Source of the DNA: a virus
Taxonomy: Duplodnaviria; Caudoviricetes
Virus record (IMG/VR): IMGVR_UViG_3300009161_000056
Location: 1 to 54,676 of that record
Strand: one strand, 5' to 3'
DNA length: 54,676 nucleotides
In this document: positions 51,794-54,676 of the stretch, piece after piece
How the letters are laid out: each line of letters opens with the position of its first letter
Position numbering within the stretch: the first letter of the stretch is position 1
Translations under genes and position numbers: made by a program
The notes under the pieces: generated by a model
Databases searched by the model: none
The model's input: the letters and a program-made list of their open reading frames with translations, nothing else
Told to the model about the DNA's origin: nothing

Positions 51794-54676
51794 ATGGCAA
51801 TTTTGCAAAAGCGCAAATCAACAAAACAACTTCCTCGTTTTGAGCGTTATCAGGACACCAGAGGTGGTGACCGTGCCGCCGCCCTGCGTGGTGAGACCCC
51901 AATTACTTCTGCTGTTCGCCAACTAGCTGGCACAAGCGGCTACGGCCCTATGGAAGACCAAGGCTTTAGACCTATGGGTGGTCGAGGCGCTGAAGGCGTT
52001 TTGGGTACTGGCGCGGCTGGCTTTGGCGGTCGCCCTGCAAGCAACGTAACAAGCACTTTGGCTGGCACCCCAACAAATCAAGCTGGGTCATCAGCAAGGC
52101 CAGCAGGATCAACTGCGGCGGCTCCTAAAACAATTACCTCAACAGGAACTGGCGCTACAAAGCCTGCCGCTTCTACGTCTTCTAAATTGCCATCGTTGAC
52201 AAGTACAACAGGCGCAACAAAACCTGCGACCTCTTTAACTTCTACTGGCTCTGGCGCGGCTAAAACAACCACTCCAGCCAAGACTTTGACTTCTACTGGG
52301 TCTGGTGCGGCTAAAACAACTCCTGTTACAACGCCAGCAAAAACCACATCAAGTGGCTCTTCGCTTGGCAAGACACTGACCAGCGCATTGGCTGGTGCCG
52401 CCTTAGGTGTTGGCACAAAAGCTGTCGTTGACAAATTTACTGGCGGAAACAAAACCAGCAACACATCTAACACTGCAAATTCTGGAACTGGTTTAAAAGT
52501 TACTGGAAACAAAAATCTTGACACTATGGGTGGTGGCACAGGTCTTACAAGCAAAACCAATCCTCTTGGCACCAATATTGGAACAGGAACTTCAGGCACT
52601 GGTATTAAGACAACGGGCACTTCTGGTACTGGCCTCAAGACCACGGGCACTACAGGCACTACTGGTTCTACTGCCGTTACTTCCCCAGTTAAAACTCCCG
52701 TGGTTAAGACTACGGGAACAACTGGCACGACTGGCACAACAAAAACTACTCCTACCTCGGTGGTAAAACCGACGACTACTGTTGGCCCTAAGACACCAAC
52801 AAGCACTGGCCCTAAGACTCCTACGTCTACTGGCCCCAAAACACCTACTGGCACAGGCCCAAAGACTCCAGCAGGCACAGGCGGAACTCGCGGTATTGCG
52901 GGAACTGCTGGCGCGGCGGCTGGTGCAACCACTGGCGGTACTGATACGACTGGCACAGGGGTAACTGGAGTTGCATACGACGACGACGGCAACTTGATGC
53001 CGGGGTACGAACTGGACGAAGAAGGCAATCCTGTTTATGTTGGCATGGGCGGCACAGACACTGCCGTAGTGACTGACACCGTAGACAACGGCGACGGCAC
53101 AACGACCGTGACTTACGATGACGGTAGCACCGTGACCACGGACATCACTGGCGATGTTGTTGACTCTACCGACGCGATAGATACTGGTGATGACACCACT
53201 GTAGCTGACGGCTACTTTACTGATGATGAAGGTAATGTCTATGACGGTGAAGGTAACTTAGTTCAGTACGCTGATGGCTCCGTATATGAAGAGGGTGGCG
53301 ATACTGATGTTGCCTACACCGACGATTACGGAAACACTTATGACGCAAACGGCGACTTGATTGCCGAGGCGGATCACTCGGACTACGTTTACACCGCAGA
53401 CGACGGTAGCACTTATGACTGGGACGGTAACCTGATTGCTGAAGCAGATCACACTGGTTTCACCCAAGAAGATGAGTACGGCAACACCTACGACTACGAC
53501 GGTAACTTGGTTTCCTACGCCGATGGCTACAACCCAGATGACTACACCAACGAAGACGACACGGAATATGCATCTGTTGACGACGAGGAAATTGACTTTG
53601 GCGCAAAGGGTGGTTTGTTTGGTATGGCAAAAGGCGGAGTGCCTAGTTTTGCTGATGGCGACGCTGTTTACTCTGACACTGAAGAAGAAGTCCAGCCTTT
53701 TCAAAATGTCGATTACAACTACGGTGAGTTTGACGATCCCACAATGACTGGTGACCTGTCTTTGTATTCGCAAAGTGGCCCAATTAGAAACACTTACGCA
53801 AGAGCATCAAGCGCGTCTGTTGCTGACCCTGTTGCTGAAAACGACAACGGCGATGGAACCATAACGCAGTTCTTTGATGACGGCTCGTCCATTACTTATG
53901 ACACCGACGGCAATGTGTTGGATGTGACTGAGGTAACAGACGGAAGCTCAACTGGTGGAACTTCGCAAGGTGGAACTGACAACCGTCAATACTTTGATGA
54001 TGGCTCCTACATTGAGACATTTGATGATGGTTCAACCGTTACCTATGATGCGGAGGGAAATGCGTTTAGTTCAACAGATGTTGATGGCAAAACAGAACTT
54101 GCAAAAACAACCACCTATGACGACGAGGGCAACCAAATTGTCAGTGACTACTATGGCAACATAGTTAAAGTTCTTGACCCAGAAGGCAAAGTAATTCCTT
54201 TGGGCGGTGGTCGAGTAAATGCTGGGCCAATTACAGGCGCAGGTAGCGGAAAGACAAGCTACGACCTGACACCAAACAAAACGCCCGCACAAATTGCGGC
54301 TGAAAACAGACAGAAAAAAATTGATGAAGGTGAGCAACAAAGCGCGATTGACAAGTTGCTTGCTGGTATCAACACCAACACTGGCGCTGGTGTGACTGGG
54401 GCTGTTCTGGGCGCGTTGCTAGGTAACTCTGACCTGTTCAGCAGTGGCAGTGGAAACAACAGTGCTGGCTTTGATATGTCCAAGGTTGGAACGATTGATC
54501 CACGCACTACAGACTTTGGCATTGGCCCAGCGAACTATGTTGGTTATGACCAGTACGGTACGCCAGAGCAGATGCCTGAGTTGTATGGAAATGAGTTGTA
54601 TCAGAACCTTAACGCCCCCGGCTTTAACGAGGTGAACGAGGGCGACTACGCCCGCATGGACGCTGAAGAGAATGGC
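51794..54676 (+). CDS. N-terminal part of ~1170-aa protein continuing into 145..774 (missed by the ORF track because it has no stop in the window)
   Basis: Open frame MAILQKRKSTKQLPRFERY...; T/K/P-rich region then acidic YD-like repeats; in frame with overlap. Confidence 0.85.
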   Translation, partial: MAILQKRKSTKQLPRFERYQDTRGGDRAAALRGETPITSAVRQLAGTSGYGPMEDQGFRPMGGRGAEGVLGTGAAGFGGRPASNVTSTLAGTPTNQAGSSARPAGSTAAAPKTITSTGTGATKPAASTSSKLPSLTSTTGATKPATSLTSTGSGAAKTTTPAKTLTSTGSGAAKTTPVTTPAKTTSSGSSLGKTLTSALAGAALGVGTKAVVDKFTGGNKTSNTSNTANSGTGLKVTGNKNLDTMGGGTGLTSKTNPLGTNIGTGTSGTGIKTTGTSGTGLKTTGTTGTTGSTAVTSPVKTPVVKTTGTTGTTGTTKTTPTSVVKPTTTVGPKTPTSTGPKTPTSTGPKTPTGTGPKTPAGTGGTRGIAGTAGAAAGATTGGTDTTGTGVTGVAYDDDGNLMPGYELDEEGNPVYVGMGGTDTAVVTDTVDNGDGTTTVTYDDGSTVTTDITGDVVDSTDAIDTGDDTTVADGYFTDDEGNVYDGEGNLVQYADGSVYEEGGDTDVAYTDDYGNTYDANGDLIAEADHSDYVYTADDGSTYDWDGNLIAEADHTGFTQEDEYGNTYDYDGNLVSYADGYNPDDYTNEDDTEYASVDDEEIDFGAKGGLFGMAKGGVPSFADGDAVYSDTEEEVQPFQNVDYNYGEFDDPTMTGDLSLYSQSGPIRNTYARASSASVADPVAENDNGDGTITQFFDDGSSITYDTDGNVLDVTEVTDGSSTGGTSQGGTDNRQYFDDGSYIETFDDGSTVTYDAEGNAFSSTDVDGKTELAKTTTYDDEGNQIVSDYYGNIVKVLDPEGKVIPLGGGRVNAGPITGAGSGKTSYDLTPNKTPAQIAAENRQKKIDEGEQQSAIDKLLAGINTNTGAGVTGAVLGALLGNSDLFSSGSGNNSAGFDMSKVGTIDPRTTDFGIGPANYVGYDQYGTPEQMPELYGNELYQNLNAPGFNEVNEGDYARMDAEENG
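52784..52879 (+). repeat. Four tandem 24-nt coding repeats (GPKTP[TA][SG]T)
   Basis: GPKTPTST GPKTPTST GPKTPTGT GPKTPAGT. Confidence 0.85.
54533..54676. repeat. Terminal overlap (copy 2) with 1..144
   Basis: See 1..144. Confidence 0.95.

Noticed and set aside
1-54676. tRNA genes, alternative genetic code, host assignment
   Set aside because: No cloverleaf recognised; genes tile well in code 11; the host cannot be determined from sequence alone beyond sigma70-type promoters.

Overview
The window is an apparently complete, circularly permuted genome (~54.5 kb) of a tailed dsDNA phage with podovirus-like gene content. The first 144 nt overlap the last 144 nt with four synonymous mismatches. 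The modules are: internal-virion/ejection proteins (49.9 kb wrapping to 5.5 kb); a leftward recombination operon (SSB-like protein, PD-(D/E)xK nuclease); a rightward Cro/DUF1376-initiator/Zn-finger/SF4-helicase/RusA operon; an early island built from five repeated promoter cassettes (13.4-18.4 kb, including an orphan TAGT/GREB1-type glycosyltransferase); terminase, portal, GroES, scaffold and capsid genes; tail fibres; a lysis cassette; and tail adaptor and nozzle genes. I saw no integrase, CI repressor, DNA polymerase, tRNA or CRISPR array. Three observations stand out. (1) An acyl carrier protein and a beta-ketoacyl synthase with an intact Cys-His-His triad, followed by a putative GNAT-like gene, are translationally coupled between the nozzle and ejection-protein genes, which suggests a phage-encoded lipid-acylation step in virion morphogenesis. 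(2) A short [MLFYK]-[AKR]-x-G-G peptide motif occurs ~30 times in five or six putative head-cargo proteins. It marks module boundaries in a 1192-aa double ADP-ribosyltransferase-like polyprotein, and a tape-measure-C-terminal-like domain is a candidate reader or protease. (3) An A(C/G)CGAA / AASCGANTCGSTT DNA motif is shared by the putative replication origin and the starts of early genes. All functional calls come from motif recognition by eye; no database searches were run.
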